Assembly: GCA_965112155.1 (NCBI GenBank)
Contig: OZ218098.1
Reading direction: 5' to 3' (one strand)
Origin: Podarcis liolepis
Lineage: Eukaryota
Length of the DNA: 64,000 nt
The notes beneath the pieces are model-generated. The model worked only from the letters and a program-made list of their open reading frames with translations. It had not been told where the DNA came from and searched no databases. This document shows positions 14,296 to 27,031 of this stretch, one piece after another (positions within the stretch are counted from its first letter, which is position 1; the number at the start of each line of letters is the position of its first letter). The translations under genes were made by a program, and so were the position numbers.

Positions 14296-15092
14296 GCATT
14301 AAAATTGATCATGGAAAAATATTTTATTATATCAGCATGGTAGTTTTAGCACTGAACAAATCACACTTTTCGTTGAAAACTATCTTGCTTGTTTCCACTG
14401 TTTAAATCCAGAAAGCCTTGAGTTCTGAAGTAAGTCAGACATTTATTTGGCTAATGCTTTATGAACAATTTTTTTTAGGAAACCAAGCTAAGTAGAAGAC
14501 CAGACCAGCTATCATAATTTGATATTGTTTGCTTAAACTGGCAGAATAAATCTTTAAAAGTGTAGAATATGGAAAGCCCAAATCCCTCCCGTAGCAAATG
14601 CTTATATCAAAATTGAATGTGTTCTAAAACAGCAACAACTGTGTAGTACTTATATCCATGTCCCACTATTAAATAGACTGTGAACACTTACCATGCCTTT
14701 GGCTTTACATGTTATCTATTTATTCTTATTGCTCTACTTTCTGGGTGACTATACGGTAGATGGACAAACAGCAGCTTGTTCTGTGTGATAAAATTACAGT
14801 TCCCCCCTTGAAATTTGTTGTTACTAGTTCCTTCATGTTATACAGTTCAACACAACACACACACGGGGTGACTAATGTGGTATCTTCCCATAACAACTGC
14901 CATCAACCCTAAACATGGGGCAGGCATCCTGGGTGGGACTGATGGGAGCTGTAGGTCAGTAACTGATGAGCCACAGGTTTGCAACCCCTGCACCTAGGAT
15001 TACAATCCAGCAAAAGCTAAGTGTTTGTACATACCCTTGATATCAGTACAAGAGTCAACCACACACTTAACTGCTCTTGTGAGATCAATTTA

Positions 15093-15351
15093 CCGTATTT
15101 TTTGCTCTATAAGACTCACTTTTCCCCTCCTTAAAAGTAAGGGGAAATGTGTGTGCGTCTTATGGAGCGAATGCAGGCTGCGCAGCTATCCCAGAAGCCA
15201 GAACAGCAAGAGGGATTGCTGCTTTCGCTGCGCAGCGATCCCTCTTGCTGTTCTGGCTTCGGAGATTCAGAATATTTTCCTTCTTGTTTTCCGCCTCCAA
15301 AAACTAGGTGCGTCTTGTGGTCTGGTGCGTCTTATGGAGCGAAAAATACGG
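15093..15351. mobile_element. Tc1/mariner (Tc2/pogo-like) MITE
   Basis: TA|CCGTATTTT...AAAAATACGG|TA termini; internal 23-bp hairpin at 15194-15260. Confidence 0.85.
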
Positions 15352-16889
15352 TAACTAAGGGGCTAACAGTTACAAGCAAACACATGGAAGAAAAACCTAC
15401 TTGGAGAGTGACTAGGAATGGGCAATCAGCCACTTCCAGCTGCTTCTGCACACTAAAATTCCCCTGCCTTCCAAAGCAGCTTTTCTTTGCTTTGTGACCT
15501 CAGCTATGCATGTGTAATGTGTAGCTAACCCTTCAAAATGTTTGACTTGTGGGCCACATGGCATAGGTAGATCATGATGTTACAAGTAAATTAGCACTTA
15601 CCTCTATTGGCAACTGGCAGAACCAGCTTCCCTTGAAGTTTTTCATTCTTAATGGTTAATGAATGGTCCCTAAGCCTATGTAACTTGCAGAAAAGTATGG
15701 AAATGCACAAGTTGAAACAAAGATGTTCTAATAGCCTGCTTTTGGTGCAACAGAGGAAAAAACCCACTCAAGCTGTTAACAAGCTGTGGTGTCTGAGGCA
15801 GGTGCACTTGTAACACATGGATGAGGGGAGGGAAGTCAAATTGTGAGATCATATTGAATGCAAGGCACCTTGCAAAGAGTTGTATTCAATTAAATCCTAC
15901 TTGAGTAAGTTAAGCATGTCCATTAACTTCAGTGGGAGTAGAACTAGTGTTGAGTACTATCTAATCTTTCAAATAGTGGACGAGAAACGAAAAACAGCAA
16001 TTAACACTTCAGCATACACCATCCTTTCAACAAAACACAATGTCTTCAGTGTCCATTTAAAAGCCAAGACAGACAGAGCCACTTGCACCTCATAATGAAG
16101 AGAACTCTAAAAGTGTGAAACGACCCAAAGGTTCCAGGATAGATTCAGTATTGAAATTGGTTAAAACAATTTATAATCTGAATAATAGGATGGATCATAG
16201 CATACATATCTTTGGTGTCAAAAGACCAGCATACCCAGGTGCATCGTCAGCATATAGGAAATGAAGGTACTACATGCACCTCTCTGGGGAGGGAATTCCA
16301 CAGGAAACGGGCTGCCACCTGCCAAACAATGCTACCAGGAGGATCCCCCTCATGCAAGAGGTCTGTAGGGCAGTCTTTCAGGTATTTGGAACCCAAATAG
16401 TTTAAGACTAATCAACACTAATGATATTGGCATCCAGCCGTCTCTCAACAATGAGTGCAGTTCCAAGGGGTGAAGTCAAACCACAGCATTAGCAGCACTG
16501 AAATGACCTCCCCAGGGCGCAAGCCTAGGCAGTGTGTATGAAGGTCCTTCTTGGGCTACCCAAGCTACAAGACCCTCCCTTTGGCTTTGCTGATGTGGTC
16601 CAAAAAAACAGAAATAGGTCTGGCACTAACGTGGCTGCACAAGTTGATGGAAGGAAGCAGACAAGAGGCCATCCAACCATCTGGATTTGTGTAGGGTTTA
16701 CTCCTTAGCCTTTTCTTCACCCAAAGATGTCGCACAAGGCAGTAGAAGTTTAGGGTCAATGTTTTCTCCATGGGTTTACCCTCGCAGGTTGATGAGCCCT
16801 ATCTGCCCCTCACTTCCCTCTACACTAATGTGGGCACCTTGAATCGGGCCTAGAAGCTAGCAACCAGGGCAGCTTTTGCAGAACGTAGC

Positions 16890-17140
16890 ATCACGTTGCA
16901 ATAACCTGATCTGGAAGAGACCAGAGGATGGAGTAGTGGCCAAGTAATCTCTGTCAAAGGGTCTTAACTGGCAAACCAGCTGAAGCTGGAAAAAGGCACT
17001 CCTACTAACTACCAAAGCCATCTGAGTCTTCAGTGACAGTGCTGGATCCAGGAACACTGCCACCCCTGCTCAAAGGACAGACCTGCTTTTCCCAGGTGAG
17101 TGCAACCCCAACTATAACAGGCCACCTCCCTACCTAATAC
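16890..17140 (-). mobile_element. Degenerate L2 ORF2 fragment
   Basis: LDPALSLKTQ...RSAFFQLQLVCQLRP resembles the L2 post-RT motif. Confidence 0.6.
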
Positions 17141-17192
17141 CTGTGAATTCAGACCAATAGCAGTGGCTATGTAGGAGGTGTAACTTCTAAAG

Positions 17193-17328
17193 CAGGGTCT
17201 CCCAAACTTTGGTCTCCAGCTGTTTTTGGACTACAACTCCCATCATCCCTAGCTAGCAGGACTAGTAGTCCAGGATGATGGGAACTGTAGTCCAAAAACA
17301 GCTGGAGACCCAAGTTTGGGAAACCCTG
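17193..17328. mobile_element. hAT (Charlie-like) palindromic MITE
   Basis: CAGGG...CCCTG near-perfect foldback; 8-bp TSD ttctaaa(g/c). Confidence 0.88.
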
Positions 17329-17583
17329 TTCTAAACCCATGTGCTCTACCCTTAGAAAACAAAAAAGCAGAGATACTTGTTTCATTGAAGAGTCAAAATA
17401 CCAACAATTATTAAATCCATTTAATTTTTTTCACATTGCCTTTTGTTACAAGTATTCTCTTCACATGCAATTATTTTCTATGAGACCAAAACAACGGGAG
17501 AGTTCTTACATGGTACAAATTTTTACATCTCCTAGATATGCAAATTAAAAATAATTTAGTTACTGCTGTACAATGAAAATCCA

Positions 17584-17589
17584 TTTATT
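17584..17589 (-). terminator. Polyadenylation signal AATAAA (MIA2)
   Basis: tttatt on the + strand, about 150 nt after the stop. Confidence 0.65.
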
Positions 17590-17741
17590 CACAGTTAGAT
17601 GATTATTTACAGGGCACTCTCCTGAGAATTATCCTATTAAGCTTCAATTTGAGCAATAATACAGTCAGTTAAGTAACAATAGCTACTTAACAGCAAATTA
17701 CTGAGTTGAGAGGAAAAGGATAGAGCTAGTTCAAAATAGAG

Positions 17742-17905
17742 TCAAGTTTCTTGTTGTGATTCTTGAGGAGTTGCAGAAGATGCAGTTGACGGATGTGTTA
17801 ACTCAGCAGGCATTTCATTTCTGCTCTCAGGTGGCAGTGGTGGAAAAAACCCAGCCCTTGGAGGCGGGTATTGAGAATAAGGCCTCACGGGAAATGGACC
17901 TCTCA
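17742..17905 (-). CDS. MIA2: MIA2 terminal coding exon 29
   Basis: ttgaacag|; MRGPFPVRPYSQYPPPRAGFFPPLPPESRNE...ESQQET followed by TGA (the human protein ends PQQET). Confidence 0.94.
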
Positions 17906-18086
17906 CTGTTCAAAGAGAATGATCAAAGCCCGTTTGGGTTAGTATTCAGAATGCAGCTACTTTCTTACAGATTTGACACTCAATACTCACAAACACGCAC
18001 ACATTAAAATCAACAGTAGCCGTAACCCATAAGCAAAAATAAAGGAAGGCATTAGAAAGCTTCTCAACAATACAAGTTCAAGATGC

Positions 18087-18698
18087 CTAGTTGAAGCTGT
18101 CCCAGAAACTCCAGCGGGTGCAGAATGCTGCAGCGAGGCTCCTCACGGGGTCCCTGCCATGGGAGCATATTCACCTAGTGTTTTTCAAGCTGCACTGGCT
18201 CCCGGTGGAGTACAGGGTAAGATTTAAGGTGATGCTTTTGACCTTTAAAGCCCTTCACGGCCTAGGACCCTACGGGACCGCCTCTCCCAGTATGCCCCAT
18301 GGAGAGCCTCAAGGTCCATAAATAGCAACACCCTAGTGGTCCTGGGCCCTAAGGAAGTTAGATTAGCTTCAACCAGAGCCAGGGCCTTTTCAACTCTGGC
18401 TCCGGCCTGGTGGAACGCTCTGCCTCATGAGACCAGGGCCCTGCAGGATCTGATTTCTTTCTGCAGGGCCTGTAAGACAGAGTTGTTCCGCCTGGCCAAT
18501 TTGATTCCCTCCCTCCCTCTCTTTTCTTTTCCTTCTCCTCCTGCGATGAGGCTACATTTTAATATTTTAATGTTGCATTTTAATTTTGTTTTTAAGTTGT
18601 AATCATGCGACTTGTTTTTATTATTGCTTGTAAGCCGCTCTGAGCCCGGCCTTGGCTGGGGAGGGTGGGGTATAAATAAAAATTATTATTATTATTAT
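18087..18698 (+). mobile_element. L2 LINE 3' fragment
   Basis: KLQRVQNAAARLLTG...LHWLPVEYRVRFKV...WWNALP, L2 ORF2 C-terminal motifs with a frameshift; (TTA)n tail. Confidence 0.9.
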
Positions 18699-20011
18699 TA
18701 AACCATGGAAGATGTTTGCCTTCCATAGTGAAGGCAAATGTTAATAGTTAATACTTCAATAATGCCCACTGAGGTATCCAGGAGCGTCCATGTGCAAGTG
18801 GGGCAGAATTTTCCTTGTACAACAGGATTCTCCTCACCTCTGCAGACCCCACATGTGCCCAACACTTGCTTTGGAGCATAGAGGGAACTCAGGGAAGGGA
18901 GATGCAGGAGGAGAAAAAGAGGGGGAAGTCCTGTTGTGTAAGGGAAATGCTGCTCATGTGATGTGCGGTTCAACGACTATCTGTTGCCATGGCCAACTTC
19001 ATAAGAGAAGCTATGGCATCTAGACTGCCTAACTCACGGGCCCCTTTGCCGTGGAAGATTCTGCTAGCACTGGTCTCTTCATCTGACAAGAGAAGTAGAG
19101 TAGCACTTGGTGCAGAGAATTTCCAAATTTATTTATTCTACAAAATGTATATCCTGCCCTTCTTAACACATCTGCATCATTCAGAGTGGTTTACAATTAA
19201 CCGGGAATGAAAACCAGCTCGGATGCTAGGAGCATTCTAAAATGAAAGTCTACCTTATAGAAATAATTTGTCCAGCAGCAACCATATAATAAAACTGGTT
19301 GTTGTTTCAACCCAATGTTTTAATCAATCATCACAAAGCAGTTAAGAGGGCCCAAACGGGCCTCACCAGGTAGGGTATTTTAAAACCTGGGTGCAGCCGC
19401 TGAGAAAGGCTTGTTAGGTTTTCTAACAATAGCTTACGAGGTAAAGTTTAATCATATCTTCCACTAAAAGTAGTTATTAATTCCCTTAACGCAGCTTTGA
19501 ACTTGGGAAAATGTCCATTAAAAGTTATTGAGCGCCATCAGCGAGTTAGCAAGACCCGTTCAGGCATTCACCTCCAACATAAAGAAGAGCTTTCCCCAAC
19601 CTGATGCCTTCCTTCCCAGTATATAGAGAGGACCAGAGTTGCACATGCTAGCCTCTTCTCCCACCTCTCTACTAGCTGCAGAACTTTACACACTGAGTGG
19701 GAAGGTCTGGAGGGGGAATCTTTATGTACTCAGCTGATTGCAGGAGATTCCCATCCATATGGAGGAGAGGAGTCTATGTGAAGAGTCTTCCTTCCTACCT
19801 TCCCACTCCATGAAGCTGATGGAAACAGAGACACTGGGAGCAGGTTTGCTCTCTCGACTAACTTAAGCCCATTCATTTCAGTGGAACTTGGGTGCAATTC
19901 ACTTTTCCTGGGTTGTGCCTCAGGTTACTGTGGTTTCCAAACGTTTCCCCGTGAAATGCATTTCATTATTTATTTTAGGGGGGAAATAATGTAAGAGCAG
20001 CAAGAACATAC

Positions 20012-20240
20012 TTGGCAGAAGAGGACGTGGCAGGCCAGCAAAATCCCTTGGGAAATATTCTCGAGGTCCATATCCGCTAGGAGGCACTGGTGGAAAGGGA
20101 GGGCCTCTTCTCATGAAAGGCCCTCTTGGGTCCATTGGCATTAGAGGAGCTCGCAGTAAGGGCAGTGGTGGCGGCACAATTCCAGGCCCAAAGCCTCCAT
20201 TGTCAGGTGCATGAGACTGATCCGAGGCATTGAGCGTATT
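20012..20240 (-). CDS. MIA2: MIA2 exon 28
   Basis: AG/GT flanked; NTLNASD...GPGIVPPPLPLLRAPLMPMDPRGPFMRRGPPFPPVPP... Confidence 0.94.
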
Positions 20241-20764
20241 CTGTGAGGAAAGGGAAATGGGCAAGTTAATATTTAGAAAGAAGCTCGTGCCACTTTTTCA
20301 AGCCACTGAGAAACTTGTCAAAGCACGTAAGCCCGAAAAGAAGCTATGATTTACAAGCTCCAAAGAGGGCAGATCAAAGCAGAAGCCCAATCCAAATCAG
20401 GAATGTGGGCTAACAGGACTGAGATGGAGCCAAACTCAAAGGCTACAAGTAGGAAGTTTATTAAAGCAAGACACAACATCACCCCTGCGCTGAAAAGCTA
20501 GTCCACTGATTTCCAACTACCTTTCTTTTTGGTCCTTTCATCTTTCTTGCTCTTGCAGGTTGTAAATAAATTCAGTCGTGAAACTATTATTTTAGCTAAC
20601 GTGTCTTCAGTAATTGAAAATGCCCACAAGGTAATAAACAATTCTGTAGCAAAATACATACTGTGTAAAATCAATTTAAAGAACTGTCAAATTCAGCAGA
20701 AACTTGGCAAACCTTTTTCGCACCAGATGAAACTGATCTTCTCAGTCTTTTGTCTGTTACTTAC

Positions 20765-20838
20765 ACTGTCATTGGGATGATCTCTTATTCCATTTCCACT
20801 TAAGTCTGTTCCTGAGTTATTCTCAGATGCTTGTCCAT
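20765..20838 (-). CDS. MIA2: MIA2 exon 27
   Basis: cttccag|...AGT|gtaagt; DGQASENNSGTDLSGNGIRDHPNDS; phase 1 to phase 0, as required by the flanking exons. Confidence 0.85.
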
Positions 20839-21667
20839 CTGGAAGTGGGGGGAAATAGCCAACAAGCACTTTAGCATTAAGTAGTCCCAAAACAGCTTTC
20901 CTCCAAAGAACAGATGGGTGTGGAAATGTATGTTTTTGCACATTTACTAAACAGAGGTGTTGACTGTATTGATACTTTTGTGCCCTTCAAAAAACAAAAC
21001 AAATAGTGCCATTCCCGCTCACAACCAGTTTGAACTATTGTTTTTCCTACTGAAGTTAAATAAATGACAAGGCTGCTGTATAGATTTACTAGACGATCAT
21101 TTCAGGGAAGAAAATTTATCTTTTCAAAACAACCAGTGTGTAAACACCAAAGGCATTGTTTAAACGCTGTGCTGGTTGTAGAGAACAAGGTCTGTTTCAA
21201 AGTCTAAATCAATGTTTTACTGATCTTGGGTCAAATGTCTTAGATGAAAGGCTTTTTGCTTTCAGCATGAATTCAGGTTATTCCTTCCTACATGTGACCA
21301 CAGATGCTGAATGGAGATAAAGGAATGATGTGACTTATGGTAAGCAAAGCATAGCAGTCCAGTTAACACAGAGAAAGTGCAGAAGTTTCTTAAACTTTAT
21401 TGCTGCCTCTTTTTTTTTTTTTTTTTTGTATCACAAACATGGATTACTGCTTGGTATTACAAACAGCAAAGAACATTAATTTCAAAATACCAAAGTCATT
21501 ACTGGCATTCTTTGATATGCTACGAACAAGAGAACAGAAAGTGCTCTGAGTGTTTGGATTTCAAGCTATTTGGGCTTTAGTTCTGAGCAGAAAAGGATTA
21601 TTTACTGCTGCAGCCAAATTTGGTAATGAACTCCTTTATTTGGGCACTAAAAGAAAGCAGTTCCTAC

Positions 21668-21796
21668 CTGCTTTATCAAATGAAGGCATGCTATAACTTC
21701 TTAGTTCTGCTGGTCCTGAAAGTCTTCCTGAGTTTGGATGACTGGGATAAAATCTTTCTGGTCTTCGAGGAAGAGATTGCTCATTATACAGCTGAC
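21668..21796 (-). CDS. MIA2: MIA2 exon 26
   Basis: AG/GT flanked; [43 protein letters not shown]. Confidence 0.94.
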
Positions 21797-22218
21797 CTAC
21801 CATTCAATAAAAAAGTGCAATTTATTCAGTAGATTTTATTAGAATTACTCAATGATGGCTTATCAACAACTTATATCTTATATTCCTTGTGTTATGGAAT
21901 ATGCAAACTAAAGGACATGGGGCGATAGCTAGCTAAACCTAGTAGCTGATGGAAATCTCACATCTATCCCATTTATCAAGGTCGATCAACTATACAATAT
22001 GGTCTTGGAATCTTTAAGCAGTTATCAGACTCATATATATCATACGTATGCTGCTATCCCTTAGGTACAACATCAAACACTTGAACCTAAAAAGCCCTGG
22101 CAATGATCCCTCCAGAGGTCACAACACGGTTCAAAACAAAAGGGAGCTAAGAGTATTTCATTTTGTAATTGCCATTAAAATAGAAAATGTCCAAGAATGA
22201 TGGGCCGTGTTTAGTTAC

Positions 22219-22377
22219 CTGGAGGCGGGGGCATTATCCTGTGATCTCTATCCCATGGAGGTGACAAAGATCCAGTGTCAGAAGGTGGTCTGTGGGGATC
22301 AGATAACCTGTCAGAATGCAACTCTCCTCTTTCATTACTAACTTCATACATGCCAGCATTCCCCGGTCCTCTTGATC
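22219..22377 (-). CDS. MIA2: MIA2 exon 25
   Basis: AG/GT flanked; GSRGPGNAG...[27 protein letters not shown]. Confidence 0.95.
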
Positions 22378-23831
22378 CTAATTGAACAAGTTACAATGGA
22401 TTCAGTCACTTGAGACATCCGTCATTGCAGTTTTCACCGAGTACCAAACCACGAGATCCCAACACATTGAAAGGTGGTAGAATAACACACATGGCTCCCT
22501 TGGTGAATTTCAGTCATGTGCTCTTTTTCCAGGAGGGGTGCAACTGTTCAGTCAGTCAAAAGTACAGTAAATACTAAGAGACAGCTGCTTTGAAAGAGAG
22601 CGGAAGGAACCCTGAAACAAAGTCTACATTATATTCTGATTCCTCTCACTGGGCAAAGGGAGGAAAAAGAACGTTAGAAGTCTTTTCATCAACCTCATCA
22701 GTGTTGGCAACATCTTGGCAGAGATTCCTCCTCCCTCAGAGCCCAATTCTGCTTCCTCTTCCCCAAGCAATTTGATCAAACCCATCAAATGCAACATTCT
22801 CCCCTCTCTTAAATCTCTAATATTTAAAGTAAGAAGACAGCTGGAAAAGATTAGAGAATTTCCCCCCCATTTAGAAGAATAAATGAGAAAACACGCTTTA
22901 AGCCAGTAGGGCAATATTTTGAACTACTGTACATTAAAGCGTTTTCATTTCTAATTATTCAAGCTGTTGAGAAGCTTTTAAGGTCTGACTCACTCTGTGG
23001 CTCATAAGTACTGATTTATGTTGGTCTATCACCTATTTTGTTATACTTGTACTGGCTCTGAATTTATCTGAGTATAGTTGCACTTTCAAGTCAGCAAATT
23101 GACATATTTCCTCCATCCTCTCCAACAAAAGCCAGAACAAAAAGAAACAGCTCCTGAGATTATTCACCACATGCTGTCAATACGTATCAGTTAAAAACAA
23201 AACTCTTTTGTTTTTTTCTGTTGAGATCAACAGCCAAATACAAATAGACTCAAATATTCTTGCTACAATGATATAAAAGGCGTACTCTTCCTTTCAAACT
23301 CCCTTTCTTAAATCTGAGAGATGGCACTGGCTTCACTTTTAGTAGCTAGATGGATGAGCAGTGTTGGTTTAAAAAATTAAGAGTAAAGTAGGTTATTTTA
23401 AAAAGCTTTTATTCTGTTTTTGTTTTGCGTTGGGCACCCATCTACTGTAATGAGCTGCAGAAACTAGGGGAAATAGACTGTTCCACAAATGGATGGACAG
23501 CACTAGTCGAAGCATAGTTTCATGATTTTCACAAAAAGCACAAGTAGGTGCTGTTAAGAATCCTTCCATGAGCAGAATATATCTTTCACATGTAAAAGAG
23601 CATTTTTAGATCCAACACACTGGTTTTTGGAACATAGAGTCATAATGGTACTGTATACTTCTGCTTCCTGACCTATATGCTAGAGTGCATTTATATGGAT
23701 AATTTAAGCTTACTCTTATCCGGGTTCTTTTTAGTATACTTTTACAGATAGATCCATTACCAAGAAAGGAGGGATAGACTAAGAGGAGAGAGAATCCATG
23801 AAAGTTAAGTTTTCAAATTTAAGAATTGTAC

Positions 23832-23963
23832 CTCTTCCTCCTCCACCACCTGGAAGCACAGGTGAAAATCTTAAGGGGCCCTCCAATAAGGTTGGAGGGG
23901 AAAGAAAAGCTCTTGTTTCAGATGAAGGTCTGCCCATTGGTGAGGGTCCATATGGGGAGTGCT
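23832..23963 (-). CDS. MIA2: MIA2 exon 24 (start of proline-rich domain)
   Basis: AG/GT flanked; [44 protein letters not shown]. Confidence 0.95.
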
Positions 23964-24321
23964 CTGGAACAGTTAAAACAAAATACTAAAATTCACAGGT
24001 TAGAGTTAATGGGCTGACATAATAGTTCATTTCTCACCTAGGTTTAAAACTAATTTGGGACAAAAGAAAAGTCAACCTCTTGACTTCATTATCAGTCATG
24101 GAATTAAAAAAAAGTCATTTTAAATAATTTTCAAATGCTCTACAGATTGTTAATAGGAACAAATTACAATGGGAATCAAAATACTATATGCTGTTGCTGC
24201 TACAGGTCAATGAAATAAAAATGATCCCTGCATGAATAAAGACCAGCTATGCTTTCATACATAAATGGAGTCATGATCTCTTTACACTTCAACAAGATGC
24301 ACATTTTAAAAAGTACTGTAC

Positions 24322-24404
24322 CTCTGCCAAATGCCCTAACTGGCATATCAAGAGCATAAGGATCCTTTTCCAAACGATCAAATTTAAATTCTGCTTCTGT
24401 TAAT
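24322..24404 (-). CDS. MIA2: MIA2 exon 23
   Basis: AG/GT flanked; LTEAEFKFDRLEKDPYALDMPVRAFGR. Confidence 0.94.
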
Positions 24405-24571
24405 CTAAAGGAAAGAAGAACATGTTAATAAACTAACTTCTTCCCTATTTTTTAATAGAACTCAACTTTTCAACTGATGAAAAAGGTAAAAATCAGTTAA
24501 TGAAATAGATTACAGGCATTAATTGTTAAATCAGAAAGTTAAATCCGGAGTTTGGGAGTGCATTGTCAGTA

Positions 24572-24795
24572 CAGTCATACCTCGGGTTACAGACCCTTCA
24601 GGTTGCGCACCGCACCAAACCTGGAAGTACCGGAACGGGTTACTTCTGGGTTGCAGCACTCGCGTGTGCGCAGAAGCACTAAATCACGCATTGCGCATAA
24701 GTGCCAAATCACAACCCGCGCATGCACAGACATGGTGCTGCGGGTTGCGAAAGTGCCTCCCACACGAATCACGTTCGCAACCCGAGCATCCACTG
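24572..24795. mobile_element. Tigger/mariner-like MITE
   Basis: TA|CAGTCATACCTCGG...CCGAGCATCCACTG|TA. Confidence 0.8.
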
Positions 24796-24983
24796 TAATA
24801 TGCTGATGACACATATGTGCATATGTATCAATTTTTATTTTTACAGAAAACCCACATAACTGATCACTGGTGTCACATAGTAACTGAACAACTGCACATA
24901 GTAACTGAACAATGGCACATTGTTCAGTGACAACAGTACGTCAACAAAATCAAGTTCTTCAGTATGTACATTTTAATGCTTAC

Positions 24984-25051
24984 TTTTGTCTACTGTATGC
25001 ATTTTCTTCTCTTATATCACTGAGGTGCCTTTCAGCTGCCCGCGCTGCCAG
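24984..25051 (-). CDS. MIA2: MIA2 exon 22
   Basis: AG/GT flanked; LAARAAERHLSDIREENAYSRQK. Confidence 0.93.
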
Positions 25052-25610
25052 CTTTAAAAATAAAAAGTTCTTGTTAAATACTGCTATTCCTTAAAGCACA
25101 AGAAATATTTCCAGTTGAAAGTTCGAACACTGTTATCTATTATCGTAGAACAGCAGTCTATTAGAAAGCCTATGAAACAGCTTAAATGATACTAAAAGTG
25201 AAGTACCCCTCTCCTGTTGTGAGCAAAGACCATAATGCAAGACTGCTGGTTTCAATGCAGTTTGCAGCTGCTGGACCACTGTGACTCTATCAAGGGTCTG
25301 GGTGTAAACCTGCTTTTAAATATCCTGATCTTTCTTATTCACTAGCAATTTGACCCAATGAGTACTAACAGACAAAGAAGCTATGGAATACTGATGGCCA
25401 TAAAAGTTGGAGATTAATTAGCATGCTCCTTAGATGGAGTAGCTACTAAAATGTCACCCTCTCTGACACCCACAACTTACACAGTGACGGTGCTGTTGAG
25501 CTGGTGCAAACAAACTATGAGTAGCCAACATGTTGCCCTCCATGTGGAAGTCTACAATATCCATCAGCCCATCAGAATGGCCAACAGGGCTGGGATGATG
25601 GGCAGCGTAG

Positions 25611-25855
25611 AAGAAGAGTTTGGATTTGATATCCCGCTTTATCACTACCCGAAGGAGTCTCAAAGCGGCTAACATTCTCCTTTCCCTTCCTCCCCCACAA
25701 CAAACACTCTGTGAGGTGAGTGGGGCTGAGAGACTTCAGAGAAGTGTGACTGGCCCAAGGTCACCCAGCAGCTGCATGTGGAGGAGCGGGGAAGCGAACC
25801 CGGTTCACCAGATTACGAGTCTCCCGCTCTTAACCACTACACCACACTGGCTCTC
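25611..25855 (-). mobile_element. Squam3-type tRNA SINE, young copy nested in a degenerate hAT MITE
   Basis: Head GAGAGCCAGTGTGGTGTAGTGGTTAAGAGC, B box GGTTCGC, (CTT)n tail. Confidence 0.8.
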
Positions 25856-25881
25856 TGTGTAGTCTAACAACAACTAGAAGT

Positions 25882-26100
25882 AAAATAAGAAAATTCCTTC
25901 CAGTAGCACCTTAGAGACCAACTCAGTTTGTTATTGGTATGAGCTTTCATGTGCATGCGCACTTCTTCAGATACCAACAGCTGTGCATGCACACGAAAGC
26001 TCATACTAATAACAAGCTTAGTTGGTCTCTAAGGTGCTACTGGAAGGAATTTTTTTATTTTGTTTCGACTATGGCAAACCAACATGGCTACCTATCTGTA
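25882..26100. mobile_element. Penelope-like element fragment with inverted duplicated terminus
   Basis: Arms 25882-25961 and 25982-26061 are near reverse complements; typical squamate PLE motif gaaagctcata...ttggtctctaaggtgctac. Confidence 0.75.
25934..25977 (-). ncRNA. Minimal type I hammerhead ribozyme motif (Penelope-associated)
   Basis: TTGGTAT-CTGAAGA-A-GTGCGCATGCACAT-GAAA-GC-TC-ATACCAA: 7-bp stem I, CUGANGA and GAAA core boxes, UH site. Stem II carries a G.U pair and one mismatch. Confidence 0.6.
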
Positions 26101-26855
26101 ATTAGAACATCTAGAAGTGTACCAAGTCTAGCAGGATTGGTACAGATCAAACTAATGGGAGGAATTCAAGGTTGCGCTCTTCTGATCGTTCCATCAGGGC
26201 AAGCAGTTTGGCTTGCCAGATGGAACGATCCCCAGGAACCATTCCAGTTCTCCCACCTGCCACCCAAGCCAGTTTGAAGGGGTGCAGAGTCTCTGTGCAA
26301 CGGCTTCACTAATTGAATCCCACCGAACGGTTGTTGAGCAAGCCCTCAATACTAGCTGGGACATTTTCCCTTCCCATCTGTTTTAGCGGTCCATGCCAAT
26401 TCAAGCTCTGGAGGAAGCTTTCATATGGACAAGCCTTGGATTCTGTTTGTGTGAATCTCTTGATAAAACTGGAGTGCCTTATAACGGGAAAGAGAGGGGT
26501 GGGGTTTATTTTTTGTTGTGTGTGAAAGACGGGTTTTGCAATCTCATTTTGTGCTCCATTACTGCAATGTTATCAGAGGACAGACTGTTTTATTCTTAGA
26601 TAAGAGCCGCAAGAACAGTCAAAATATTTATTAAAATGGCATTGAAACAAGGCCAGAAGAGTGTTGCAAAATCAAACATTTTAAAATTGGCATTGGGTTT
26701 GGAAGGATTTATTTTTACAAGAAGGGATTTACTGTTACTATAAAAAAAAGATTCCATAAGACATTGAGGAAACTGGGCGCAGCATCCATGTGCTCACATT
26801 GATACAGTCTTTTCCTGCCATAAGCTTGTACTTTTTGAGGTAAATTAGATTTATC

Positions 26856-27031
26856 CAGTGCTTTTTTTCTGGGAGGATGCAGGGGTACGCATACCCCTAA
26901 ACATTTTGTGAATCTTTGTAATTTTGTCCATTTGCTGTATTTATTTTCCCCAATTTGAACTATAAAATGGAGATTTCCTTGAGTCAAAATGAGAGTACCC
27001 CTAAACATTTTTTTAAAGGAACAAAGCACTG
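26856..27031. mobile_element. hAT MITE
   Basis: CAGTGCTTT...AAAGCACTG; 8-bp TSD gattta(t/c)c. Confidence 0.85.

Larger units (their letters stand above)
12574..14320 (+). other. FBXO33: FBXO33 3'UTR (3' end approximate)
   Basis: AU-rich sequence after the stop, ending in AATAAA at 14290-14295 and ATTAAA shortly after. Confidence 0.65.

Noticed and set aside
16480-16850. Possible RTE-type LINE 5' remnant
   Set aside because: Looks repetitive, but I could not identify diagnostic motifs or boundaries.
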